Below are positions 22,956 through 35,109 of a DNA stretch of 64,000 nucleotides, in pieces; positions within the stretch are counted from its first letter, which is position 1, and each line of letters opens with the position of its first letter. A model generated the notes under the pieces. The model saw only the letters and a program-made list of their open reading frames with translations, did no database searches and had not been told where the DNA came from. The translations under genes were made by a program, and so were the position numbers. The stretch spans positions 582,401 through 646,400 of the forward strand of contig NW_003314269.1 in NCBI RefSeq assembly GCF_000143415.4, read 5' to 3'. This DNA comes from Selaginella moellendorffii (taxonomy: Eukaryota; Plantae; Lycopodiophyta).

Positions 22956-24622
22956 ATGGGAGCTCTGGAGCTACTGCCTTGGATCGCATTGCTCGCGAGC
23001 TTGATTCTTGCTGGAAGTGCGAGCGCTGAGGACGGCGGGTCTGTGTTCTTCGTGGAGACTGGACAGGGAAAGGATTATCTACAGTCTGGCTCCCAGGTGT
23101 GGAATTATCTTTCGTTCTCTATCGGCTGGATGATTGTTTCTGGATCTGGATTGATAGGAATCGGTGTTCTCGGAAGCTGATGTTGCGGCATCCGTCGCGG
23201 TGCTTCTCGGTGTGGATCCTCCAGTGACGATGTCCGAGGTCTCCGCCAGCAAGGTATGGAGGTTTTTTAACTTCTTTGTTCTTCTTTCCAGTTATTCGAT
23301 GTTTTTTTGTAGCTCGAGAGGCTTCTTATTCCAAATGTATTTCACAGGCCACAGAGAGTAGTTTCGCTGGTGATCGAAGGTTTCGATTCAGGTAAGCCAC
23401 GAGCGAAGCTTTTATAGCTCTAAAAGGAGAATTTTGTGTTATACACAGGCTTCTTGCAAGAAAAGAACGTCTCTCAGGCTCTCGGAGTGAAGCTGGCTGA
23501 GCATCGTGGTTTGAGTGTAAAGCCCAAAAGGGCAGCAACAAAGCATCTGGGTACGCATTCATGCGATTATCTTTGAGCTAAGATGGATGTGTTCGCAGCG
23601 GGGAAGCCTGTTAGACTGGAGTCTCTCAACCATCCTGTTCCGGAGAACTTCGACTTCTTTCACCTGAAACGCGAGCTTCAAGGTCTTGTAAGTTCCCTAT
23701 TGGAACTGAGTTTGAAGAAACTGAGTGGCTGGGTTTTGCAGTTTGGACCTTCTTCGATAGAAGTTTCAACCGAGGATAACGTCGAAGAAGAAGCTGCCGA
23801 GGAGAATGCCGCGGAACAGGAGCTCGTGATACTTTCAGTCGACGGCATTTCTCTCGAGCTCGATCTTTTCAAGGCAAAGCTTTCTTTCCTTTTTTTTTTT
23901 TAACTTTTCGTATGGTCCTTACATTGGTGCTCTCTTTCAGAGGTCGGACTACCTATTTGTAACAGACCTTCTATCCCTATCAACAGGAGTGAAACGTGCC
24001 ATCTCCGTCCACGAAGAGCTAACAACAAAGCCGGACACCGCAGAGCTCTTTTTCGGTACATTTACGGGGATCAAGGTAACTCCATCGAATGAATGCGTGC
24101 TACTGTACCGCGCAAAACTTTCGTATCTTGCAGGCTCTAAAGCGGGAGCGACAGGACGAAGATGTCAGCAAAGCTTCAGACATCGTGCTTATTGCAGTGG
24201 CAAAGCTATTCCAAAAGCTGGATACACTGACAAAGGGTTTGTCCCCACAAAGCAAGATTCTCTAGCTTTTGTAACTATTGCCTCTCAGGAAAACTAGTCG
24301 GTGTCGTGGCTTTCCCGGGCCAGAATGGACACCATCTTGTACGGGAAATGATCGGCAAGCACTACCACTCTTACAGATCCAGGCTCCTCGAGCAAGAAAA
24401 GAAGCCGCAAACTGTGGAGCAGCTTTCACGGAGGACTCTGGCGGCCTCGACGACCATCATTCTTCTCATAGCCACTTTGCTCGGAGTAAGAAAAAGAAAA
24501 ACTCTCTCTTCGTTTTCTCTAATCCTTGTTTCTTTCTTTTCCCTTCTTTGCAGACTTGCTGCCTATGTTACATGCCTCTCACTCGCGACTCTCTCCTTTA
24601 CTCGGGCGCAAAGCTGGACTAA
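22956..24622 (+). CDS. Type I membrane protein, ATP6AP2/(pro)renin-receptor-like V-ATPase accessory subunit
   Basis: Signal peptide, SVFFVE, VAASVAVLLG...PNVFHRP, C-terminal TM followed by MPLTRDSLLYSGAKLD. Confidence 0.7.
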
Positions 24623-24920
24623 ACGAATGCCTGTCTGTATAGTAGAACTTTTGGAATAATCTTATTCAACTCATCAGTTAGTGTGGGGGAGCTTTTTAGT
24701 ACAAGAGGAGAGGTAAACGAAAAACATTCGAATTCTCGCTTCCAATTTTAACAAATCTTCTTCTACTGCTCTGCTGCTCAGTGTAGAACTGTACCGTTAA
24801 ACGTCGATCGGTGATCGTCGGCTCTTCGCGAATAAAACGAACGTCGTGAAAGATCACAAAAGGATCTCCGTAGTAAACTTCCAAGAACTCTCTGGACCGA
24901 TGATCCCAACAGCGAAGCCA

Positions 24921-27900
24921 TCAACACCACGCCGGCTGCTTGTAGTTAGCTTGGAACGCGTCGCAGCCACTTTCCGGCTCCTTGCGCTTCCCGGCCTGCG
25001 TCGCCACTTGCCCGAATCCTCGCAAGTGGTCTTCCAGCGGCACTCCCCGTCTAAGATCATCCGCCACCACCTCCGGCCCGGTGTTTAGATCCAAGCTCTG
25101 CCTCGTCCACGCGCTGCCACCTCCGCCACCAACGCCAACGCCAACACCACCGCCGCCATCTCCAGCTCTTCCAGCGTCCGCGATCCCCATCAAATGCGGC
25201 CTTATGAACCGACTCATGGCACCCGGACCGCCACCTATCTGCGAGGACACCGCCGCCTGGTACTGTGGAGGAGCCGGGCCTGGAGCCTCCACGAACGAGG
25301 AAGCCGGGAACGCGGACGATGAAGCGTTGAAGGAATAGTTGGAGAATGGAAAGCCAGCGGCAGCATACGGGTAAGGCACCGGAGCGCTTCCAGGATAGGC
25401 GACCGCCGGAGTGGCCAGCGTCATGCCTCCCCTGTAGAGATCCATGTTGAAGTGTATCGCGCCACCTCCAGCGTTGAGAAACGGCTGCGTTGGAACCTGG
25501 TAGCTCGCCTCCGCGGCTCTGGCCATTGGTAGCGCTGGTATCGCCACCGCCGAGAAGGAGTTGCCTGGCGGGAACCACGGCGCTACGCCAACCAAGTCGC
25601 CACCCATCCGAAAGCCGGAAGGGACCGCTGCCGCTGGACCCAGGCTAGCAGCGCTGTTGTTGGCGTTGGAGTTCTCCGTGCTCCGCAAGCTCATGTGCTG
25701 GACTAGCGTCGATGGCTCTTCGTCGTCAACCGGACCGTTTAAGTCGAAGTCTCGTGCCATGCCGCGGGTGCTAGCTTCTGCCGCTCCTGCTGCTGCGGTT
25801 CTGGATTGGCCGGAGCTATGAACTTTCATATCCAGCCCCATTCCCCTCCCATCTTCGCAGTCGTCGGCGCAGTTGAGGTCGAAGTCGGCACGCCCGGACG
25901 TCGAGGCGCTGGCTTTCACAGCAGCAAACGGCTTCGACACAAACGAGTTCTCGAAACCTGTGCTTTCATCTGCGATGTTGAGGTCGATGTCTAGAGGCTG
26001 ACGAGTTTGCTTGATTTCACCGGCGTCTTGTTGATGCTGCTGCTGCACTGTTTCGTTCGCTCGCCTTGGCTCGGCGGGACGGAAAGCGCTGGTCGCTGCC
26101 GAGCCTTTCCACCCGGTCTCGGACTTGGACTTCCTCAGAGACTCTGGAGGAACGTACGCGCCTTTGGTTGTAGGGAGAACTGGGATCGGAGTCGTCGGAA
26201 GCGCGGCAGAAGCGATCAAGTTCAAGACGGGAGCACAGGAGACATCCTTGAAACCTTCGTCACCTCCGAGGCCTTCGTTCAGATCGAAGTCGGGTCTGGA
26301 CAAGCCTGCTGCTTCGGCTGGCTTTTCTTCCTCTGCCTTCAAGTCTGACGCGTCCAACGCTGGGCCTGGTTTCTCGTTGCCACCTTGAGTAGAACCATTC
26401 AAAGCTTCCGGAGAATGTTCTGGACTTTCTACGTGACCTCCTGCAGCCTCTGTTCCCGCTGCCTGGTCTGAAACTGTAGTGTCCTCATTACCATCAGCTG
26501 CCTTAGAATCCCCCGGCTCCTGATTTTCTTGCATCGACACTGAAGCAAGAGAGCACCTTTCCAGAAGATGGCGCGGACTCGAATCGGGGTCCTTCACTGT
26601 CGAGAGAAGATGAAGCTTGGCGTCCCGATCCTCCGAAGACAAATGAGATGTCTCAACTTCCTGCTCGACCTCCTTAGCAATTTGCTGCGCCACCTCAAGA
26701 GCATCATCTTCAAACTCTGACGTCGACTCCACAATCTTAGTGTCTTGTTGCGACGTCCCTTTTCCCTGCTCAGCAGCATTCTTTCTCGACTCTTCAGAGC
26801 TTGAGTTCTTCCCAAGGAAGAAACTGTTCCTCTTCTCAGCCCAGGATTCCAGCCCTCGTCCAGGACCGCCTTCATAGCTTCCCCTCCCACTAACGGCACC
26901 ATTCGGACTCGGAGTATCCCTCTTTTCACTTTGAAGGTAAGTATCTGCCGGCTTAGTATGGTCATCGGGTCTCCTGAGCGTTTGAGAGGTATTACACCGC
27001 GGCTCAGGACTTTCGCCCAGGCCCTCCAACTCCTGCCTAGGCCTCGCATTTTCACCAACGTGACTTTCATCCACAGCTGAGCTCATTGCATCCCTTGCCT
27101 CATCGCCTTGGCCCTTGAGGTCGACTGACATTTCCGTAAAAGAGGAACTTGACGCGCAGTTGGCTCCGTCAACACCGTCGTGTGCATCTTTCCGTCTTGC
27201 TTCCTCCTTCGATTCCGATGGTACATGGTGGTTCTCAACACTAATCCGGTCCGCAGTAGATCCAGCCACCTCCTGATCTACCGTGCCTATCTCCGACATT
27301 ATAGTACTCCGTCCGGAGGCCCCTACAGCTGCATCCCCTGATATTCTGCTGATCGCTGACACCGGAATGATAGCCATGGAGACGGCTGCCCTGTCATTTG
27401 AATCGGACGTCCGAGACACCTCCGACTTGTTTTCAGCACCTGCTTGATTGTTTTCTACGTCCTCTTTCCCGTCATTAGGCCCGTGAAGTCTCTGCCTTAC
27501 ATCCGGTGCCTCCGCAATGCTCGAAACCGCCGTCTGGTCAGGAAGGCTCGGCGAAGATCCCTGACTTCCTGGTCCAAAAACTTCCTCGTTGGCACCGAGG
27601 GAAGATGACCTCGGTAGCCTCAAAACCACTTTGGTGCTGGGCTCCGGCTCTCCTTTTTCCCTGGCCCAAGTAAGCGGCTTACCCACAGTAGTTTCTTTCG
27701 TTGCGGAGCCTTTGTTGTGGCGATGGTTGGAACTGTTGGATTTAGAACCGGAAGATGATTTCGCGTCGTCCTTCCAAGTGATAGAACCCGCAATGGCATT
27801 GTTATATGGCTGACCATTGCTGTGCTGCGGCTGATTGGTTCCTTTCTCCGATTTGAGCTTTGTGACGGAAGCACCATTCGCTCCTGTTTGAAACATCAAA

Positions 27901-28720
27901 AATCACATCAGAAACAGCACCATAGGCTCACACTCTGACCTGCTGTTTGGCTGGCGACGTCCGAGGGACTGACATTCATGGGATTTTTCAAAGTTGTGGA
28001 CCATGCGCTGCCGTGTCCTGCAGCCTTTGCACCACCTGACGAGTTCATCTCATCCCCAACACGCTTCTTCCACGTTTCCACCAGCTTTCGTGCTTTCTCC
28101 TTGATTTCCAGGTTCTTGTGGCTCTTGAGATTGTTGACGGACTTACCAACCTGACACCTGAGAGCCTGCAAATCCACGGGCAGCTTCTCCAGCGCCGACA
28201 GTATCGTCAGCAGCAGCTCCTCAACACCCTTGATCGCCTCTCTCGGACTTTCCCCGTCACCGCTCTTCCCCTTGTAAGCTTCCTGGAGCCACTCGTGAAA
28301 CAAAGCCACCCCTCCCAGCTGCACAAATCGGTCCAAGTACTCGTGGTTCTCAGTCGCGAGAATGGCTGCTGAAAGGACAGTCCTTTTGTTGGCGCAGTAA
28401 GCCGGTTTCTTCGACCCGTCACTTCGGTCCTGCTGCATGGCGGTGACGAGCTTTTCAACACCGGCAACACTTGTAAGGCCATCCTTGTCAATGCCACCAA
28501 ACTCCTCTACGGTTTGATCGCTCTTGGAGTCACCATCCTCCAGATTTACGGACCTTTCTCGCTTGTTTGCCTCGTTGGAGCTCTCAATTCTCTCCCTCTT
28601 CTTGCTCTTGTTGGGTGTGAGCGAGCCCCCGGCATTTTGCGAAGCATCGAGCTTTGGTTGCGAGGGGCTTGAAGTGGACTTTGATGGCGCTCCCCCTCCT
28701 TGCACAGTCGCAGTGTGCAT
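24921..28720 (-). CDS. SUO-like TFIIS N-terminal (TFS2N) domain protein with DLN/EAR motifs; no intact BAH domain
   Basis: FVQLGG...EWLQE, LEKLPVDL.AL...VGKSVNNL.SHKN.EI.EKARKLVETWKKRV, GWKGSAATSAFRPAEPR, several [F/I/L]DLN motifs, KRKEPE; intron 27884-27939. Confidence 0.85.
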
Positions 28721-30013
28721 CTCAAAGGGCTTCTACGCTCTTCTTCCTGTCAAAAGGTTCAAGAGCACGAGACTAAGACTCGGAACAAAGGCCTCTAGAT
28801 CTTTAGAAATTACTCTTACCTCCTAGAAACCGCTCAAATCATAGCCGACGAATCGAGAAATCTTATCGAACTGGTGCCACATTTTCCTAGCAGCAACGCA
28901 GGCAGCCCGGCTCCCCTTTCCAGAAATTTTGACCTGGTCTAGCTAGAACCATGGCGATCTAAGCCAAATCCCATGCCGCGACGAGGAGCAACGATTCTAG
29001 CGACCTAAGAACTTGCCTCGGACTGATCAAACAATCCAAAATTTCCGCCCGCTAGCTCGGCGCCGTGGCTTCGCCCCTCCCAATCGCGCCACCAAGCCTC
29101 TCACGCTCACCTCCTGCAAACCCTGGGGATCGCCATAGCCGCCCCTCCAACAACAAAGAAACCACAGCACAGAGAAACAAATAAGTGAAAGCGATGAATG
29201 GAGCGTGCGATGATGCCTGTCATCACGGGTGAAGGGTGAAGGGGGCGACGGGCAACGCATATTCTGTGAGGGTCCCCACACCTCCCCGCGAACATTCCGT
29301 CAGTTGCCGAGGTGGGACCTACGAGCTTGTCGGAAGGGCCCTTGCACATAAAGGCCGGGGAGCAGGTACCGTCCTCACAGGTTGGTCGGGCTGACGCGGC
29401 AGCCGGGCCAGTAAAAAATAAAAATAAAACGCCAGTGCTGCTGTGCGCTGCGGTGTACCGCTCCAGTTACTGCTGTAACAGTTGTATTGGCAGGGGGTGA
29501 AAATGGCCTACCTGTAGCGATGCTGACAGGTGCTGCCACGCCACTGCCCCCGTCACATCCTCGCCCTCCGATGTGACGCTACTTTCGCTTGTTCGTACAA
29601 GTGTACCAGTCCCAGAGTTTGTGGGCCAGTGGCGGCAGGGGAAGTACTTGGCGTACGGACGCGCCGGCGAGCGACACCAGGTTCGAATCATCCCAAAGGC
29701 GCCGTCCCTGTCGGCTAGTTCTCGCTCGCGTTAGAATCGAACCCAGCACCACATGCGTGGCTTTGTACGGTGCATGTGTACGGCACTTATTTAGGGTTTA
29801 GGCGAGGTCTACGATGGAATCGAGGAGCGAATCTTCTGTTCGTCGCGAGAATGCGTCAAATGCGCGTCCGTAGTAGGGTTTCCGCGCGCTTCTCCGCCTT
29901 CTTAGCAGGGCATCGCTCGAGCTTCTCCATCGCGCGGCGGCGACGGCGGCCAGGTAACGAATTTCGTCGCGCGTGGGAAGGGAATGGTGCAGAGGAGGGC
30001 AAGTCGGGGCGGG

Positions 30014-31461
30014 ATGGCGCCATTGTCGGCGAGAAATCCATTCGATTCCGAGGAGGAGCCATCGCCGCCTCCTGCCAGTGCGCCGTATAGAAATCCTTTC
30101 GATGGCGACGAGATTGAGCAGCAGCAGCGGCCCCGAAAGGTTACGTTTAAATCTAGTGAAAAGTCCAACGAAGAGCCAAGGAAGTCTAAGGAAGAGCCAA
30201 AGAGCAACCCTTTTGACGACGAAGGGATGTGGAACAAGAGGCACGAGAATTCACGCCGGCCGGCTGCTACTGCTGCTTCTACTGCTTCGCCATCGCCACC
30301 CAAGGAGCACGGCGGAAGCGATGGAGCGACGACCAAGCACAGTGACGAGGCCAAGCAGAGGCGCAGGGACAGAGTCAAGGAGAAGCTCTCCACCATGTCC
30401 GACGACGTGGGTAACTTGGTGAAGCCGCGATCCAGGAATCTCATGGGAGGCAACAACAACCACAACCGGCAGCTTTTGTTTGAGGAGGATGGATCCACCA
30501 GCGCTGTCATCCAGAACGAGCAGAGGAAATTCACGCAGGCTCGGATCGAGAGGGGCATCAAAGCTGGCGATTCTCTGGAGGGCGAGAGCGTGCAGGAGCT
30601 GGAAGATTACGCCGTTCAAAAGGCCGAGGAGACCACGGTTGCCACTTACAAAGCTCTCAAGCTTGCCGAGGAGATCAAGGAGAGCGCTACGAATACGTCG
30701 GTGATGCTTCACGAGCAGGGTCACCAGATTACTCGCACTCACGAAACTGCTGTAGACATCGATCACGCACTTAGCCGGGTCAGTATGACTTCTATCTTGA
30801 TTTCTCTTAGCCATCAGTCTTGAAATTTTCTTTGGATTCCAGGGTGAGAAGCTCCTCGGCAGTCTTGGAGGCCTCTTTTCGAAGACCTGGAAGCCAAAGA
30901 AGGCTCGCAACATAACGGGACCGATGCTTTCTCGAGGTAAGAGCTTTATTTCATGGCTGCTACCGTTTGCTAAAATCGCGGATGGAAAATCTACAGGAGA
31001 TTCGTTCAAGAGAAAAGCCTACGGTATGGAGCAAAGAGCCGCTTTGGGATTGAACCGGAGTAACTCCAAAGGCAAGACTCGCCACACGGCAGCCGTTGCC
31101 GACTCGTCGGGATCTCAAGCTCAGACTCGCATCACGGTTTGTTCGTCCTTTGTCGATTTGATGCTCACCTCACCGTTTGCGTTTTTAGAATGAGTTTGCG
31201 AAGCAGGACGAAGCGCTGTCGGACTTGAGCAACGTTCTTGGCCAGCTCAAAGAGATGACTATAGACATGGGATCGGAGATAGGACGGTGAGTAGCAAACT
31301 AGCTTCTATGCTTTCCGAGAGAGGGAGAGAACTAATGCTCTTTTATCTACTGGATTTGCAGCCAAACCGATGCTCTCGGTCACCTCGAGGACGATGTTGG
31401 CGAGCTTGGCAGCCGTGTCAGGGGTGCCAACGAAAGAGGCCGGAGGCTACTGGGAAGATAA
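30014..31461 (+). CDS. SNAP33: SNAP25-type Qbc-SNARE (SNAP33-like)
   Basis: Three NPF motifs, SVQELEDYAVQKAEETT, GEKLLGSLGGLFSKTWKPKK, KQDEALSDLSNVLGQLKEM, ends GRRLLGR. Confidence 0.92.
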
Positions 31462-31546
31462 GTCGAGAGAAGTACTCGCTAACTCTATGTACATACAAGG
31501 ATTGATCGAATAATTCACGCGTTACTCTTTGTGCCAGTCGCCGGGA

Positions 31547-32190
31547 TCATAGTCTAGACGGAAGAATCAATGCAGGATGAGCTCGTTCACCTTTGCTGGA
31601 TGGAATGGCCAGCGCCTGGAACGACAGTAACTTACCGGAGATTTGGAACGAATTTGCGATGACTGTTGCTGTGCATGAACTCCTTGGTTCCAGGGAAGCC
31701 GTCAACCACGCTGGAGTTTGGATGCGAGCTCCTGTCCACTCCACGATCTGCACGTAAACATCAGCTTTTTTTCCTTATTTTTTTTTCCCATGGCAGCGAA
31801 AGTGATCTCAAAGTGGATCGTGACTATTCTGTGGCTCTGTAGTAATCTAGTGGTGGTGTGAATCCCGATTTCTCGTGCTGGAGAGCGTAGTAAGTAATTG
31901 ATGTGTTCCTCTCCCGTCAAAGCGCTGTCTTTTGGAGCAATCATTCCTCTCCGGGACGATCCCAGCAAAGTTTTTTGGTGTTTTGATAGGAGAAGAAGAA
32001 AATGTGAGAGATAGAATTCTTTTCCAATCCGCTGGACGGGTCCACGCGATGATCGCTCCCCAATCGTGGCCGACAAGAACAGCCTGATCGAGGAACCAAA
32101 AGACATAGGAAAGCCAACGAGGTCGTCAAACACAGTTAGTGTTGCCATAGCCGCCAAAGCGGGCCAGCCATGGAGCAGCAACACCACTAT
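31547..32190 (-). pseudogene. Epoxide hydrolase pseudogene, an internally deleted duplicate of 35110-36315
   Basis: VLLLHG, WTGARIQTPA and ILPSRL* are shared, as are intron and 3' flank sequences; several deletions and frameshifts. Confidence 0.9.
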
Positions 32191-32337
32191 CCAGTGAGTG
32201 AAGCATTTGTGGATTAGCTTGCATCAGTTACACTATACAATTGATTTCACTTTTCAATAGTACCATTTCCTTTAATCTTTACGATCCTCACCCAAAGTCA
32301 GGGTCAAAAGAAGTTGGAGACATGTTCACGATGTCGC

Positions 32338-32400
32338 CATGCAAGTAATGGGAAATCCACCACCATTTCTTTTGGTGGTGGATTTCCCATTACTTGCATG
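32338..32400. repeat. Perfect inverted repeat: 28-bp stem with a 7-nt loop
   Basis: catgcaagtaatgggaaatccaccacca-tttcttt-tggtggtggatttcccattacttgcatg. Confidence 0.95.
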
Positions 32401-33600
32401 TAAGTGTGTTTGTAGCCAAGAACTCTATCCACACAGCTGCCCACCTTTAACACATTGACTGATCTTTCATGCATGTATCTATCTAAAGTAAGATGTAATT
32501 TATTTCATAACAAGACAAAAACAATAAAAATTATTAATGATTAATATAACTTCAATTCAAATCCAATAAATAATCCAATCAATCACTAATTCTTCCTTTT
32601 GCTGAACTTTGTCCAGTGTGTTACAAAAGCTTCTCCCTCTGCTGGGAACAGTGGAGTGTGGCTAGAAAGAACACTTTGCTCCTCTCACGAGTTCAACTTC
32701 CAGATTTTTGCCTAGACCTGTGTCCCACGCAGCCGCAATAATAAAAGCTCAAGAGCGCCTGGATCCGGGGCTGGGACACACTTCCAATTGTTTTCCTTGA
32801 AACTGAACGCCTCACCTCCTCGCTTGTGCTTACTGCGCCCAGTGTGTGTTCCACCCCACCACCATGTCCAGCATCTTCTTGATCTTAGAGTCGTACATTG
32901 GTTGCAAACTGTGGCAACTAAGGGGTTGTTGAGGCTCGTCCAGTGGGAGTTTTCCGTCACTAGATTGCTTCTTGATCTTTATGATGCACTGCTGCCTCCT
33001 TCTGGGTGGTGACGGATGATTGTAGAGCAAGCCAGTATGTGCCCTGAATCTTGACGGTTGGAGCGTTCGACTTGTGATGATCTAGCTAATTGCAAGCCTT
33101 GATAGATTTTGATAGATAATATTTAGAAGGGTCAATGGTTCACCTTGCCCACCGGCATAGCATTGCGGGCAATTTAGGCAAACAAAATAATAAGATCTCT
33201 TTTTTAAACTCTCTATAAAGATGGACCATTTTGTGCCACTGGAACAAAATCAATTGTGCCTAACTCTCCACTTTAGACACCCTGCCCTGTGTTTTCCAGA
33301 TCGCTTGCTCTCTTTAACGAAGACAAAAATTTTGTCCTGGAACTTCCCTTGTCAACACGCGTGCAACGAGACAATGTAAAAGATCCAGTGTGTTTTGTGT
33401 CGTGTGTTCTTGATTGGTTTGCCGAGCACTCGAGAGGAGAAAAAAGGAGCGAGATTTTTTTTTTTGGGAGGAGCGGAGTTTCAATACTGATCGATCCGAG
33501 AGATATATATGATGTTTCGATGCTTCAAGAGACACTCCAAGTTGGCGTTGGAATATCTAGCTACCAAACTTTTGTTAACCTCATTTTGTTTAATATTAAA

Positions 33601-34596
33601 CTATATTTCAAATAGTTTTTTGGATACATCGCTCATTTTTTCGATTGGTGATACAATACAACCATTCCTCATGGATATGAACCAAGGATGGCAAAGAACC
33701 TCATCCAAAGTGATGCGCTCTTCCGGATCAAACGCTAACATCCTGTGCAGAAGATCAATCACTTCGATGGACATATTCGCGAGCTCAATCTCATCGCAGT
33801 CCAGGAAATACGTCTCCCTTTTCTCCACCATCTCTTTCATCACGTCCACAAACGGCGTCGCATCGGCATCGCTGCTCAAATGGCGCAGCTTCCCGAGCAA
33901 GGCGTACCGCAGCGTCATGCCCAAGCTCCAAACATCCACTGCCGGTGTGTAGATCCCATCAAACATAACCTCGGGAGCCATGAAACCGGGGGTTCCAACA
34001 AAATCCATCTCCCACGGCTTGTGAGCGTCGCAAGCCAGGCCAAAGTCCGCCAACTTTGCGTCGAGCTCCCGGGTGAGGAGAATGTTGGCGGGCTTGATAT
34101 CGCAGTGGATGACCCCGTTTCGATGGATCTCCCGGAGGCCCTTGGCGACCGTAAAGAATATCCTCGCCGTGGTTGGCTCCGCGAACTTCACACCCAGGTC
34201 GAGGTTGCAGGCGCACAGTTCCATGACGATGTGGGTCTTAGGGTTGCCACCTTCGCCGCTTTTTGCATCGTAATGAAGCTCCTTGACCTTTATGACACCG
34301 TCGTTCACCCTGTCCCCGGCTTTGAGCATCAGAAGCGCCTCTTTGGAGCTGCCGCCACTCACGGTCTTGATTGCGAACTCTTGGCCATCGCCCCTCCTCG
34401 TAGCCTTGAAAACCACACCGCCTCTTCCACAGCCCAGGAGAGACCCCAACTCGTAGCGTCGCTCTAAAGCGCTGGGCTTGATCGCGTCTCCACCTTTCCC
34501 AAGCGTTTCTACGTCACCTTGATGCACAAGTTTGCGTCGTTTCTTTTCCCTCTCCATCTCCACAGCTTCAGCCCTGGTCCTCGTTCGGATCCGCAT
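33601..34596 (-). CDS. Ser/Thr protein kinase (CAMK-like, non-RD) with an uninterrupted kinase domain
   Basis: GCGRGGVV, FAIK, HCDIKPANILL, DFG, GTPGFMAPE, DVWSLG, ERIT..HPWF; KKRRK NLS-like motif; a splice acceptor just upstream leaves the 5' end uncertain. Confidence 0.88.
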   Translation of the reverse strand: MRIRTRTRAEAVEMEREKKRRKLVHQGDVETLGKGGDAIKPSALERRYELGSLLGCGRGGVVFKATRRGDGQEFAIKTVSGGSSKEALLMLKAGDRVNDGVIKVKELHYDAKSGEGGNPKTHIVMELCACNLDLGVKFAEPTTARIFFTVAKGLREIHRNGVIHCDIKPANILLTRELDAKLADFGLACDAHKPWEMDFVGTPGFMAPEVMFDGIYTPAVDVWSLGMTLRYALLGKLRHLSSDADATPFVDVMKEMVEKRETYFLDCDEIELANMSIEVIDLLHRMLAFDPEERITLDEVLCHPWFISMRNGCIVSPIEKMSDVSKKLFEI

Positions 34597-35109
34597 TGCC
34601 TGAAAGAAAAAAAAAACCCTATGGAAAAAAAAATGAGGATCTTTTTTATACACTAAAAGGCTATCACCACCTGAATATAGAAAAACATATCTTTTTAGTG
34701 TTCTTCTTGGAAGAGTAGGGTGGCGAAGTCGAAAGCAACGAGTGGCACCATATTGATTGTAGAACCAGCTTGTAAGAACCTTTGGACGGATCAACCTCGA
34801 GATGGATCTTTTCTTCGATCTTCCCACGAGAAGGGAGTTCGAATGGAGGCCGCAAACCTCCATTTGTTCGTCAATGGATTGCCAACCACAAAATTCCACG
34901 GTGTGTCACGCGCACGGCTGCAACCAGCAAACCAGGCCATGCGAAGAAGGGAGCCCTATTGAGATAGATCCATCGCAGCTTTGCAAGATCGTGAAGCTCC
35001 ATCGGTAGGCGCTCCATTTTGGCCTAATCTTTATACTATGGGAAAAGGTGACGAACATACTCGCTAACTCTGTATAGTTCACGCGTTATTCTTGTGGTAC
35101 TCGCCTGGA

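Noticed and set aside
32700-33100. Coding-like minus-strand fragment
   Set aside because: Internal stops and no recognisable motif; probably a TE or gene relic that I cannot assign
34600-34899. N-terminal extension of the 432-aa kinase ORF
   Set aside because: Reads through a poly-T tract and CAG acceptor, so it is probably intron or UTR
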